Below are positions 54,065 through 64,000 of a stretch of 64,000 bases of DNA, piece after piece; the stretch's first letter is position 1; every line of letters begins with the position of its first letter. A program made the position numbers and the translations under genes. Source of the DNA: Gammaproteobacteria bacterium (GTDB taxonomy: Bacteria; Pseudomonadota; Gammaproteobacteria; CAJXQU01); contig CBDEGZ010000003.1 in the NCBI GenBank assembly GCA_965238175.1, positions 416,001-480,000 of the forward strand, given 5' to 3'. Under the pieces are notes generated by a model. It did not search any database and had not been told where the DNA came from. It saw nothing but the letters and a program-made list of their open reading frames with translations.

Positions 54065-54538
54065 GTGAAACTGACAACCAAAGGCCGATATGCCGTAACG
54101 GCGATGCTCGATCTTGCTATCCATGACAGCAAAGGTCCAGTCTCATTAGCTGAAATTTCATTACGGCAAGGAATATCCCTCTCCTATCTTGAACAGTTAT
54201 TCTCTCGGTTACGAAAGCAAGAGCTTGTGATTAGTTCAAGGGGTCCAGGTGGTGGTTATCAGTTAGGTTCGGCGGCTTATGATATTTCAGTAGCTGCAGT
54301 GATTGCTGCAGTTAATGAAAGTGTTGATGCAACAAAGTGTGGTGGTGAGAAAAATTGTCAGGGCGAAGAGCGTTGTTTAACGCATGAATTATGGGATGAC
54401 CTTAGCGATCATATTTATGTTTTCTTAAATGAAATTTCGCTAGGAGATCTCGTGAAAAAGAAAAATGTAAGGGAAGTTTCAAATAGACAAGATGGCTGTG
54501 TGATAGACACAGAATTACTCGGAAGAGAGGCGGGCTAA
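54065..54538 (+). CDS. iscR: Fe-S cluster regulator IscR (Rrf2)
   Basis: [25 protein letters not shown]5-C-X5-C-X2-H ligands. Confidence 0.93.
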   Translation: MKLTTKGRYAVTAMLDLAIHDSKGPVSLAEISLRQGISLSYLEQLFSRLRKQELVISSRGPGGGYQLGSAAYDISVAAVIAAVNESVDATKCGGEKNCQGEERCLTHELWDDLSDHIYVFLNEISLGDLVKKKNVREVSNRQDGCVIDTELLGREAG

Positions 54539-54856
54539 ATGACATTAACCGACAGAGCAGCAGAACATGTTAAAAAATTTCTGCAAGCACAAAGTGCGGA
54601 AGGATTACGTGTTAGCGTTAAGCCAACGGGTTGTTCAGGTTATTCCTATGTTGTTGATACAGCAGATAAGATTACTGGGAGTGATCAAATCTTTGAGTCT
54701 AGAGGGATCAAGATTGTTGTTGGAGAAACCAGCATCGATTATCTAAAAGGAACGGAGTTAGATTATGTCCGTGAAGGGTTGAATGAAGGTTTTAAATTCA
54801 ATAATCCCAATGTTGCGGAAACTTGTGGCTGTGGTGAAAGCTTCACGATTGACTAA
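54539..54856 (+). CDS. sufA: A-type Fe-S carrier (SufA/IscA)
   Basis: TGCSGYSY, CGCGESF. Confidence 0.88.
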   Translation: MTLTDRAAEHVKKFLQAQSAEGLRVSVKPTGCSGYSYVVDTADKITGSDQIFESRGIKIVVGETSIDYLKGTELDYVREGLNEGFKFNNPNVAETCGCGESFTID

Positions 54857-54871
54857 CAGGACAGTAATTAA

Positions 54872-56320
54872 ATGAGCACAAAACCACAAGAAGTTGAGTC
54901 CTTCGTTGGTAAAGAATATGAAGCAGGCTTTGTTACCGACGTTGAAACAGATACGGTTCCGCCTGGATTGAACGAAGATGTTATCCGACTAATTTCTGCT
55001 AAAAAAGAAGAGCCTGAATGGTTGCTACAATGGAGATTGAAAGCCTATCGTCACTGGCTAACGATGACCGAGCCTAATTGGCAAAATGTTCATTACCCAC
55101 CGATCGATTATCAAGCGAGTTCTTATTACTCAGCGCCCAAATCTAAAGATGACGCTCCGAAGAGTTTAGACGAAGTTGATCCTGAATTACTGGAAACTTA
55201 CGAAAAATTAGGTATTCCCTTGCGCGAACAAGAAATGCTCGCGGGTGTTGCCGTTGATGCTGTTTTTGACAGCGTCTCTGTTGCCACCACATTTAAAGCA
55301 AAGTTAGCAGAAGCCGGTGTCATTTTTGGATCTTTTTCTGAAGCGGTAAAAGAACATCCTGAACTGGTTAAACAATATTTAGGAACGGTTGTTCCAACAT
55401 CAGACAATTTTTATGCGGCTTTAAATTCAGCGGTTTTTACTGATGGGTCATTTTGTTACATCCCGAAAGGTGTGCGTTGCCCGATGGAACTATCTACCTA
55501 CTTTCGCATTAATGCATCAAATACCGGTCAGTTTGAACGAACCTTGATCATTGCCGATGAAGGCAGTCATGTGAGTTACCTGGAAGGTTGTACTGCACCG
55601 ATGCGTGATGAAAATCAACTGCATGCAGCAGTTGTAGAATTGGTTGTTTTGGATGATGCTGAGATCAAATATTCAACAGTACAAAATTGGTATCCAGGCG
55701 ACGAAAATGGTGTTGGTGGAATTTATAATTTTGTTACCAAACGCGCAGATTGCCGAGGCAAGAACTCAAAGGTTTCATGGACGCAAGTTGAAACGGGATC
55801 AGCCATTACCTGGAAATATCCTAGCTGTATTTTACAAGGTGAAAATTCCGTCGGTGAGTTTTATTCAGTCGCACTGACCAATAATATGCAACAAGCAGAC
55901 ACCGGAACAAAAATGATCCATATGGGTAAAAATACACGTAGCACGATCATCTCCAAAGGTATTTCTGCTGGACGTGCTCAAAATGCTTATCGAGGACTGG
56001 TTAAAATAACCAAAGGAGCCGAAGATGCACGTAATTTTACTCAGTGTGATTCATTATTGATTGGTGATCGTTGTGGCGCGCATACCTTCCCCTATATCGA
56101 AGTTAAAAACCAAACAGCCCAGGTTGAGCACGAAGCCTCGACATCTAAAATTGACGAAGATCAACTTTTCTATTGTATGCAGCGCGGTATTTCAGAAGAA
56201 GATGCCGTCAATATGATCGTTAATGGATTTTGTAAAGAAGTCTTTAAAGAATTACCGATGGAATTTGCTGTCGAAGCGCAAAAACTTTTAGCCGTCAGCC
56301 TTGAAGGCGCAGTCGGTTAA
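54872..56320 (+). CDS. sufB: Fe-S assembly protein SufB
   Basis: [33 protein letters not shown]. Confidence 0.97.
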   Translation: MSTKPQEVESFVGKEYEAGFVTDVETDTVPPGLNEDVIRLISAKKEEPEWLLQWRLKAYRHWLTMTEPNWQNVHYPPIDYQASSYYSAPKSKDDAPKSLDEVDPELLETYEKLGIPLREQEMLAGVAVDAVFDSVSVATTFKAKLAEAGVIFGSFSEAVKEHPELVKQYLGTVVPTSDNFYAALNSAVFTDGSFCYIPKGVRCPMELSTYFRINASNTGQFERTLIIADEGSHVSYLEGCTAPMRDENQLHAAVVELVVLDDAEIKYSTVQNWYPGDENGVGGIYNFVTKRADCRGKNSKVSWTQVETGSAITWKYPSCILQGENSVGEFYSVALTNNMQQADTGTKMIHMGKNTRSTIISKGISAGRAQNAYRGLVKITKGAEDARNFTQCDSLLIGDRCGAHTFPYIEVKNQTAQVEHEASTSKIDEDQLFYCMQRGISEEDAVNMIVNGFCKEVFKELPMEFAVEAQKLLAVSLEGAVG

Positions 56321-56344
56321 TTGGAGAATAATCAGGAAAAACGA

Positions 56345-57094
56345 ATGCTAAATATTTCAGATCTACATGTCAATGTTGAAAGTAAAGAAATCCTCAAAGG
56401 CTTGAATTTGGAAGTCAAAGCGGGAGAAGTCCACGCGATTATGGGTCCAAACGGATCGGGTAAAAGCACCCTCGCCCACGTTTTGAGTGGACGCGATGGT
56501 TATCAGGTCACCAAAGGATCTGTCGAATTTGATGGGAAAGATTTACTCGAATTATCTCCTGAAGAACGTGCGCGTGAAGGTGTTTTTCTTGCGTTTCAAT
56601 ATCCAGTAGAAATCCCTGGCGTCAATAATGCCTATATGCTTAAAGCTGCTCTAAATGCAATTCGTACACACCGCGGCGAGAATGAATTGGATGCCATGGA
56701 CTTTATGGCATTTGTGAAAGACAAAGTAAAGTTAGTGCAATTGAAAGAAGACTTGTTACAAAGATCAGTGAATGAAGGTTTTTCTGGTGGTGAAAAGAAA
56801 CGTAATGAAATCTTCCAAATGGCGGTGCTGGAACCTAAGCTCGCTATTTTAGATGAAACAGATTCAGGTCTTGATATCGACGCACTGAAAATTGTTGCCG
56901 AAGGTGTAAATGCATTACGTACACCTGATCGAAGTATGATTATGATCACACATTACCAACGTTTGCTGAATTATATTGAGCCTGATTTCGTGCATGTTTT
57001 GGCCGATGGCCAGATCATAAAATCAGGTGGTAAAGAACTCGCACTAGAACTTGAAAAACGCGGTTACGACTGGGTACGTGAAGAGGCTGCGTAA
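56345..57094 (+). CDS. sufC: Fe-S assembly ATPase SufC
   Basis: GPNGSGKST, FSGGEKKRNE, LDETDSGLD. Confidence 0.96.
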   Translation: MLNISDLHVNVESKEILKGLNLEVKAGEVHAIMGPNGSGKSTLAHVLSGRDGYQVTKGSVEFDGKDLLELSPEERAREGVFLAFQYPVEIPGVNNAYMLKAALNAIRTHRGENELDAMDFMAFVKDKVKLVQLKEDLLQRSVNEGFSGGEKKRNEIFQMAVLEPKLAILDETDSGLDIDALKIVAEGVNALRTPDRSMIMITHYQRLLNYIEPDFVHVLADGQIIKSGGKELALELEKRGYDWVREEAA

Positions 57095-58413
57095 TGGGAA
57101 CCCGGTTATCACAACAATTTACTGAGCGTAAAGATTCTTTTGTGGGCGCTTCCGTTCCATGGTTAAACGCTGCACGTGAACAAGGAATTGATCATTTCTC
57201 TGAAGTTGGCTTCCCTACCGTACGAGATGAGGCGTGGAAATATACCAATATTTCCCCGATCGAAAAACATGATTTTCAATTGACGGATAATGAAGATATA
57301 TTTCTTGTAAAAGAAGATATTAATGAATTTCGTTTTAATCAACTAAACACCAACGAACTCGTTTTTGTTAATGGAAAATTCGCATCTCACTTAAGCCAAT
57401 TTGATCAAAACGATGGCGCTGTTTTAGAAAACATGTCGGATTGGTTGGTTAATAAAGCCGATCAAGATTTAAGTATTAAAACCAATGATAATGTTTTTGC
57501 TTCGCTAAACAATGCCTTCATGACCGATGGTGCCGTACTGCACATCGAAAAAAATATCTCCTTAGAAAAACCAATTCATTTAATCTTCATTTCTACGCAA
57601 ACAGATGAAAAGATAATGTCTTATCCAAGAATTGATATTCGTCTCGACGCAAATGCCGAAGCGACGGTAATCGAAAGTTATGTTTGCTTAACAGATGAAG
57701 ATACTTCTGTAAAAAATTTAACAAATACATTAACAAATATTGTTGCTGGGCCAAATAGCCAGTTAGAACATTATCGAATTCAACAAGAAAGTCTTGCTGC
57801 CTATCATATTGGAAATATTCTTATTGATCAGCAAAAAGACAGTCGCGTAACATCACATTCGATTTCATTAGGTGCTTCTATTGCACGTGTTGATATTAAA
57901 GTAAAACTTTCCGAAGCTGGATCAGAAAATATTTTAAACGGTTTGTTTATGGGCAAGGGTCGTCAGCATACGGATCATCATATCCTCGTTGATCATCTTA
58001 ATCCGCACACACGAAGTGAAGAATATTTCAAAGGCATTATGGATGATGGTAGCCGTGGTGTTTTTAATGGCAAAGTTATTGTCCATAAAGATGCACAGAA
58101 AATTGAAGCGATCCAGTCGAATAAAAATTTATTGCTTTCGCCAAGTGCCGAAGTTGATACAAAACCCGAATTAGAAATTTATGCAGATGATGTGAAATGT
58201 GCGCATGGTGCAACTATTGGTCGGCTTAATGATGCAGAGTTATTTTATCTACAATCCCGTGGTATTAGTGCAGAAAAAGCAACCGCGTTACTGACTTATG
58301 CGTTTGCAGATGATGTTATCAGTCGAATGAATATTGCGCCCGTACGAGAATATCTGGAACAGAAAATAGTCGGGCAACTTTCATCACTTGAGAATCTTAA
58401 GGATCTAGTGTGA
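57094..58413 (+). CDS. sufD: Fe-S assembly protein SufD
   Basis: EAWKYT, KPELEIYADDVKCAHGAT. Confidence 0.95.
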   Translation: MGTRLSQQFTERKDSFVGASVPWLNAAREQGIDHFSEVGFPTVRDEAWKYTNISPIEKHDFQLTDNEDIFLVKEDINEFRFNQLNTNELVFVNGKFASHLSQFDQNDGAVLENMSDWLVNKADQDLSIKTNDNVFASLNNAFMTDGAVLHIEKNISLEKPIHLIFISTQTDEKIMSYPRIDIRLDANAEATVIESYVCLTDEDTSVKNLTNTLTNIVAGPNSQLEHYRIQQESLAAYHIGNILIDQQKDSRVTSHSISLGASIARVDIKVKLSEAGSENILNGLFMGKGRQHTDHHILVDHLNPHTRSEEYFKGIMDDGSRGVFNGKVIVHKDAQKIEAIQSNKNLLLSPSAEVDTKPELEIYADDVKCAHGATIGRLNDAELFYLQSRGISAEKATALLTYAFADDVISRMNIAPVREYLEQKIVGQLSSLENLKDLV

Positions 58414-59669
58414 ACGTGGTTAGCAAGAATATTAAAAGCGAGATCGAAAACGAGATCGTCGAAAACTGGCGCAAAGATTTTCCTATTCTTGATCAAAAAG
58501 TAAGCGGAAAAAATCTTGTTTATTTAGACAACGCAGCAACTACGCAAAAACCGAACTCTGTCATCGAAATAATCAACCGTTACTATTCTAAAATCAATTC
58601 CAATATACATCGCGGTGTTCATACGCTCAGTCAATTAGCCACAGATGAATATGAAGACACGCGTGAAAAAGTTCGGCAGTTTTTAAATGCGAAAAGTCTA
58701 GCGGAAATTATTTTTACGCGGGGTACGACAGAAGCGATCAACTTGATTGCAGAATCGTGGGGTGGATCAGAACTACAAACTGGGGATGAAGTGATCATTT
58801 CTGCTATGGAACATCATGCGAACATTGTTCCTTGGCAAATTATTTGTGAAAAAACCAGTGCGAAATTAAACGTCATTCCAATGAATGATAATGGCGAATT
58901 ATTGATCGATGAGTATAAAAAATTGATCAATGAAAAAACTAAAATTGTTGCCCTTGTCCATATCTCCAATGCGTTAGGAACAATTAATCCAGTAAAAGAA
59001 ATAATTGATATTGCGCGTGCGCATGATGCACTTGTTTTACTTGATGGTGCACAAGCTGTTGCTCATATGGGAATAGATGTACAGGCATTGGATTGTGATT
59101 TTTATGTTTTTTCAGGACATAAACTTTATGGGCCAACGGGTATTGGCGTTCTCTACGGTAAAGAAAAACTGTTAGAAAAAATGCCGCCCTACCAAAGTGG
59201 TGGCGACATGATCCGCACGGTTACCTTCGAAAAAACTGAGTACAACGATCTACCGTATAAATTTGAAGCAGGAACACCGAATATTGCAGGTACTATCGGA
59301 CTTGGCTCAGCAATAGACTATGTTTTAGAAATTGGTTTTGATGCGATTGCTACTCATGAAAATGCGCTGCTCGAATATGCCACTGAAGAATTACAATCAC
59401 TTCCTGGTTTTCGAGCAATTGGAACGGCAAAACAAAAAGCCAGCGTACTTTCGTTTGTTATTAAAGGCGTACATCCACATGACTTAGGTACGATTCTAGA
59501 TACAGAAGGGATCGCGACTCGAACCGGACATCACTGTGCAATGCCAGTGATGACATACTTTGGAGTGCCGGCAACTGCGAGAGCGTCATTTGCGTTATAC
59601 AACACAAAATCCGAAGTTGATGTATTGAAAAATGGATTGATCAAAACAATGGAGATAATGGGTGTTTGA
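58410..59669 (+). CDS. sufS: Cysteine desulfurase SufS
   Basis: YLDNAATTQKP, SGHKLYGP, RTGHHCA. Confidence 0.95.
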   Translation: MNVVSKNIKSEIENEIVENWRKDFPILDQKVSGKNLVYLDNAATTQKPNSVIEIINRYYSKINSNIHRGVHTLSQLATDEYEDTREKVRQFLNAKSLAEIIFTRGTTEAINLIAESWGGSELQTGDEVIISAMEHHANIVPWQIICEKTSAKLNVIPMNDNGELLIDEYKKLINEKTKIVALVHISNALGTINPVKEIIDIARAHDALVLLDGAQAVAHMGIDVQALDCDFYVFSGHKLYGPTGIGVLYGKEKLLEKMPPYQSGGDMIRTVTFEKTEYNDLPYKFEAGTPNIAGTIGLGSAIDYVLEIGFDAIATHENALLEYATEELQSLPGFRAIGTAKQKASVLSFVIKGVHPHDLGTILDTEGIATRTGHHCAMPVMTYFGVPATARASFALYNTKSEVDVLKNGLIKTMEIMGV

Positions 59670-60123
59670 TCTAAAAGATTTATATCAGGAAATAATTGTT
59701 GATCATAATCGGTCACCACGGAATTATCGTGAGATCGAAAATCCTGATCTGACCGCTGTTGGCCACAATCCACTTTGTGGAGATAAACTGGTTGTTTATG
59801 TGAAACTTGAAGCAAATGTGATCAGTGATGTTAGTTTTCAAGGAGAAGGTTGTGCAATCTCGGTTGCCTCTGCTTCATTAATGACAGATCAACTTATCGG
59901 AAAAACTGAACAAGAAGCTGAAAAAATATTTACTACATTTCATCAGTTAGTGACCGATAGAGATTCAGAAATTGATCTGGAAAAAGTTGGTAAACTTGGC
60001 GCACTTGCAGGTGTAAGAGAATTTCCTGCTCGTGTAAAATGTGCCACCTTATGTTGGCATACGCTCAACACTGCGCTAGAAGATAAAGATAACAAAGACA
60101 ATGAGACCATATCTACAGAATAG
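59662..60123 (+). CDS. sufU: SufU-type scaffold/sulfur-transfer protein
   Basis: LYQEIIVDH, NPLCGD, GCAIS, RVKCATL. Confidence 0.92.
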   Translation: MFDLKDLYQEIIVDHNRSPRNYREIENPDLTAVGHNPLCGDKLVVYVKLEANVISDVSFQGEGCAISVASASLMTDQLIGKTEQEAEKIFTTFHQLVTDRDSEIDLEKVGKLGALAGVREFPARVKCATLCWHTLNTALEDKDNKDNETISTE

Positions 60124-60688
60124 TGACATCAACATGGATGAGGCGATCACCATAGAGCGTGATTGCGAAGCGATTTTGATCCCGCAAGGAACGCCGATCA
60201 GTTTATATGCCGGTTCGATTGTTTTTATCACGCAAGCACTAGGCACTAGCTGCACGGTTAACATTAACGGTAATCTTGCGAGAGTAGAAGGAAAAGATCT
60301 GGACGCGCTTGGGTTTGAACCTTTCGAAACAAAAAAAGAAACAGAAATTGTCGGTGATGGTCGTGTTGAAGAAGGACTACTTTGGGAGCAAATGAATTCT
60401 TGTTACGATCCGGAAATTCCCGTTAGTATCGTTGAACTTGGTTTGATTTACGACTGCAAAGTTGCACCTGTCGAAGTCGATGGCAAACAAACTGGCAATA
60501 AAGTTAATGTCACCATGACGTTGACAGCCGCGGGTTGCGGCATGGGCGATATCCTCGTCCAAGATGTGAAAACAAAATTAGAAACTGTTCCAAATGTTAC
60601 CGAAGTTCATGTAGAAATGGTTTTTGATCCGCCGTGGAATCAAACCATGATGACTGAAGCAGCCAGGTTACAAATGGGATTATTCTAG
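60101..60688 (+). CDS. sufT: Fe-S assembly protein SufT (DUF59)
   Basis: ITQALG, YDPEIPVSIVELGL, TLTAAGCGMG, FDPPW. Confidence 0.9.
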   Translation: MRPYLQNSDINMDEAITIERDCEAILIPQGTPISLYAGSIVFITQALGTSCTVNINGNLARVEGKDLDALGFEPFETKKETEIVGDGRVEEGLLWEQMNSCYDPEIPVSIVELGLIYDCKVAPVEVDGKQTGNKVNVTMTLTAAGCGMGDILVQDVKTKLETVPNVTEVHVEMVFDPPWNQTMMTEAARLQMGLF

Positions 60689-60744
60689 ATGTATTTTAGG
60701 GATCGTTTTAAAATTGTTTAAAAGTATTCTAAGGGTTAGAAAAA

Positions 60745-61068
60745 ATGACAGATTGGGTAGATGTTGCTGCGGAAAATTCATTCGTTCAAGGTGAGAAAGT
60801 AAAAATTGATCTTGATGATGTAACACAAGTGGTCGTCGTAAAATTAGGCGACGGTTTTTATGCAATAGAAAATATGTGTTCACATGACCAACTACCATTA
60901 GGAGAAGGTGACATTGAAGGTGATGAAATCATCTGCCCTTTTCATAATGCCCGTTTCTGTCTAAAAACGGGTGAATTGAGAGCACCTCCTGCTTACGAAA
61001 ACATAGCGAGTTTTCCGACTCGTGTTGAAAATGGTCAAGTCCAAGTTCGTGATGATCGTTGGGATTGA
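60745..61068 (+). CDS. Rieske-type ferredoxin
   Basis: CSH...CPFH Rieske motif. Confidence 0.9.
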   Translation: MTDWVDVAAENSFVQGEKVKIDLDDVTQVVVVKLGDGFYAIENMCSHDQLPLGEGDIEGDEIICPFHNARFCLKTGELRAPPAYENIASFPTRVENGQVQVRDDRWD

Positions 61069-61582
61069 GACTATAAACGGATAGATTGTTGGTACATTTA
61101 GTTTTTCTAAAGAGTAAGTTTGGATTCAACTGATCGTTTTAAATTTCATCTATTGTGTAAGGATGTACCCCCCTTGAATTCGGATGAGACTAAAAATACT
61201 TCTAGGTTTCGAGTCTAGTCTCTGTGTAATATCACTATATCCATAACCCTGTCGCCAGAGTGACACAACAGTGTTGTTGTTCATTTTTTGTAGGCTTTCT
61301 TCTCTTTCTTTTTGTCATAACACACCCCATTAATCCGTGATGTTGGGTATTTAAAACATTTTCGGGCCCATTATGGTAACAATGAGTTTCAAGAGATAGG
61401 CAATGTCATAGCAGTGGAACCGAATCCTTTTGGAGCTATACGAAACGTCGCTAAGCAAATTCAATGGCATTAAGATGAATTTTGAGTTGCATCTAAAGGA
61501 ATCTGAATGGCGATGAAAACGGGAACTAGATGAATTGGCCAGAGAGCTTGGGAAGTTACTCAATAATACTAATAACTTTAGT

Positions 61583-62808
61583 TGTAGAAGTTTAGACCCA
61601 ATCTGACACATCACTAAATCAAGCGGAGCGTAGCGACGCTTGATTTAGTGAGAGTTACCCGCTTTGATGTAACTGCAACGTAAACATCAAAACACAAAGA
61701 GGTAACTCTCATGATTCATACTAATGACAAAGTTATAAAACATAAAGTTGGTCTACTCAATCTCGCTGAAGAACTCGGCAATGTCTCAAAAGCCTGCAAG
61801 ATGATGGGTTTGTCCAGAGATACATTTTATCGCTACAAAGAAGCGGCTGATGAAGGCGGTGTAGAAGCCTTGTTTGATCGTAATCGGCGTACCCCAAATC
61901 TTAAAAACAGAATCGACCCGGCTATTGAAACCGTTGTGCTCGAGTATGCACTGGAAGAGCCCGCACATGGTCAAACGCGCACCAGTAACGAGCTGCGCAA
62001 ACGGGGAACATTTGTCTCACCCAGTGGCGTTCGTTGTATCTGGCTTCGTCATGGTCTTGCTTGCTTTAAAGATCGCCTGAAGGCATTGTCTGATAAGGTA
62101 GCTGGTGAAGGCTTGATCCTCACTGAGTCTCAAGTCGCGGCGATGGAACGCAAGAAAGACGACGATGAGGCTTGTGGCGAGATAGAGACGGCACACCCTG
62201 GTTATCTTGGCTCGCAAGATACTTACTATGTCGGTACTTTCAAAGGCATTGGTCGGGTTTATCAACAAACGTTTGTTGATACTTACAGCAAGGTCGCTCA
62301 CGCGAAACTGTACCCGACTAAAACACCGATTACGGCAGCTGACATGCTCAATGACCGCGTCCTCCCATTCTACGAAGAACAACGTTTGCCTATGTTGCGC
62401 ATTTTGACAGATAGAGGGACGGAGTATTGTGGGCGAGCTGACCAGCATGATTATCAGCTTTATATGGCGTTGAACAATATCGAACACACCAAAACCAAGG
62501 TCAAATCACCTCAGACGAATGGTATTTGTGAGCGATTCCATAAGACGATCCTCAATGAGTTTTATCAAGTCGCTTTGCGTAAGAAAATTTACCAATCGAT
62601 TGATGAACTGCAACTCGACCTTGACGAATGGTTGCTCAAATACAATACTCAACGAACTCACCAAGGCAAAATGTGCTGCGGGAGGACGCCGATGGAAACA
62701 CTCATCGACGGACAAGCTATCTGGAAGGAAAAGTTTGTGAACTAAACTTAACCTGACAGTCAGTTACAGAAAAAGGGGTAACTGTCAGATCAAGTCTGAA
62801 TTTCTACA
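61583..62808 (+). mobile_element. IS481-family insertion sequence, copy 2 (1226 bp)
   Basis: Near-identical to 13518-14743; flanked by CTTTAGT direct repeat (61576-82 / 62809-15). Confidence 0.93.
61711..62745 (+). CDS. IS481-family DDE transposase
   Basis: 344 aa; one aa difference seen versus copy 1 (YEQQ vs YEEQ). Confidence 0.94.
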   Translation: MIHTNDKVIKHKVGLLNLAEELGNVSKACKMMGLSRDTFYRYKEAADEGGVEALFDRNRRTPNLKNRIDPAIETVVLEYALEEPAHGQTRTSNELRKRGTFVSPSGVRCIWLRHGLACFKDRLKALSDKVAGEGLILTESQVAAMERKKDDDEACGEIETAHPGYLGSQDTYYVGTFKGIGRVYQQTFVDTYSKVAHAKLYPTKTPITAADMLNDRVLPFYEEQRLPMLRILTDRGTEYCGRADQHDYQLYMALNNIEHTKTKVKSPQTNGICERFHKTILNEFYQVALRKKIYQSIDELQLDLDEWLLKYNTQRTHQGKMCCGRTPMETLIDGQAIWKEKFVN

Positions 62809-62810
62809 CT

Positions 62811-63719
62811 TTAGTCTAGAGCCTGACCAATTGTCATGAGCTTTTTTTGTTCATTTTTTATTACTTGAGTAAAAAAATCAGATACAGCTTTAACACGAGC
62901 CAATGGCCTCAGATCTTCATGAACGACCATCCAGTATTCACGAACAGCGAATATTTCGTGGGGTAAAATAGCTTTCATATGTTGATTTTCTGCGACGAGA
63001 AAGCAATGTAATAATGCCAGGCCAACATTATCAACCACGGCTTGATATTGGGCTTGTAAACTACTACTTCGAAATACGACATTCGCTCCGCTGAGCAGAT
63101 CTTGTAGGTATTTTAGTTGCGGAAATTCGATTTGATCATTTATATAGCTGATAAAATTGTGCCGATTTAGATCCTCGACAGATTTAATTTTGCCATGAGT
63201 TTGTAGATAATCATGATTAGCATAAAGTGCGAGCTTATATTCGCCCAGTTTCCAGGCGACTAATCTACCTGTCGTTGGTCGAGCCAGTGTTATCGCAATA
63301 TCGGCCTCTCGCTGTGACAGGCTTCGTGCTCTTGTATCAGCCAATAATTCCAATTTAATTCCCGGATGTAGTTTACGAAATTTACCAATATGTTTCGAAA
63401 TTATTCCGACGCCTAGTCCTTCGGGTACTGCCATTCTTACCGTACCGGTTAATTCAGTATTTTTTCCAGAAATTGATTGCTGAATTGAATTAACAGTTGT
63501 TTCTATCAGCTCTGCATCAGTCAGTAATTTGTGACCTGCTTGATTAAGTGAATAACCCTTTGGTGAGCGATCAAATAAATGAACTTCAAGATCATGTTCT
63601 AGCCGTGTTATTCGCCTGCCGACTGTCGTTGGTTCCACATTCAATTTTTTTGCAGCTTGTGTCAGTTTTCCACTACGGGCTAACTCTAGAAAAAAGTGAA
63701 GATCATTCCAATCGAACAT
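62811..63719 (-). CDS. LysR-family transcriptional regulator
   Basis: DWNDLHFFLELARSGKLTQAAKKL HTH, LFDRS, READIAI. Confidence 0.93.
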   Translation of the reverse strand: MFDWNDLHFFLELARSGKLTQAAKKLNVEPTTVGRRITRLEHDLEVHLFDRSPKGYSLNQAGHKLLTDAELIETTVNSIQQSISGKNTELTGTVRMAVPEGLGVGIISKHIGKFRKLHPGIKLELLADTRARSLSQREADIAITLARPTTGRLVAWKLGEYKLALYANHDYLQTHGKIKSVEDLNRHNFISYINDQIEFPQLKYLQDLLSGANVVFRSSSLQAQYQAVVDNVGLALLHCFLVAENQHMKAILPHEIFAVREYWMVVHEDLRPLARVKAVSDFFTQVIKNEQKKLMTIGQALD

Positions 63720-63879
63720 AACGCAGCGCCCTAAGTTCATTAATCAAGTTAAAATGCATAAATGCATTATGAATGTTAATTATTCAGTATTGTACTGCAA
63801 ATATAACAGCTATATTCTCTTGTTCAAGAGTTAAGAATCATATTTTCAAAATCAATAGATCATTTAAGAGAAGTTTAAT

Positions 63880-64000
63880 ATGTCAACTACACAGCAGAAA
63901 AAAACAGGTACAACCATGAAAAAGATCGGACATTTCATTAATGGCGAAATCCATTATGGTACTGGTTCAACTCAGGCGGTATACAACCCAGCAACGGGTG
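63880..64000 (+). CDS. Aldehyde dehydrogenase, probably methylmalonate-semialdehyde dehydrogenase (partial, runs off-window)
   Basis: IGHFING...VYNPATG N-terminal ALDH motif; divergent from LysR. Confidence 0.7.
   Translation, partial: MSTTQQKKTGTTMKKIGHFINGEIHYGTGSTQAVYNPATG

Noticed and set aside
61069-61582. Half-kilobase intergenic region before IS copy 2, including ORF 61351-61614 and a GAGACTA/TAGTCTC inverted repeat
   Set aside because: The ORF starts inside the IS; no recognisable gene, repeat array or RNA motif could be supported.

Overview
AT-rich gammaproteobacterial chromosome segment spanning the replication origin. The core blocks are hemB-pcnB-folK-dNK-panBC-cinA-like; gloA-ctaA-bioDCHFB/comF; gyrB-recF-dnaN-oriC-dnaA/rpmH-rnpA-yidD-yidC-mnmE; lptGF/pepA-holC-valS-cysE-iscR-sufABCDSUT; and LysR/mmsA-like. 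Accessory DNA comprises (1) the decaying end of an integron-like attC cassette array at the left edge, (2) a ~7 kb RNA-repair island, (3) an NtrC/sigma54 urea porin-urtABCDE-urease cluster between the RDD gene and lptG, and (4) two near-identical 1226-bp IS481-family elements. The strongest signal is in the RNA-repair island. The sigma54/RtcR-driven rtcB gene is followed by a 680-bp noncoding stretch, then an SPFH/Band-7 (slipin) gene, with no rtcA or Ro60/Rsr. That stretch holds a branched hairpin element, a tRNA mimic whose anticodon arm is replaced by a GAAA tetraloop, an atypical class-I tRNA with a CAA anticodon, and a ~275-nt end-paired structured RNA. Also notable are a 293-aa acidic N-terminal fusion on ValS and a 60-aa mini UreJ-like gene. 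All calls come from manual reading and recalled family motifs; no searches or folding programs were run.
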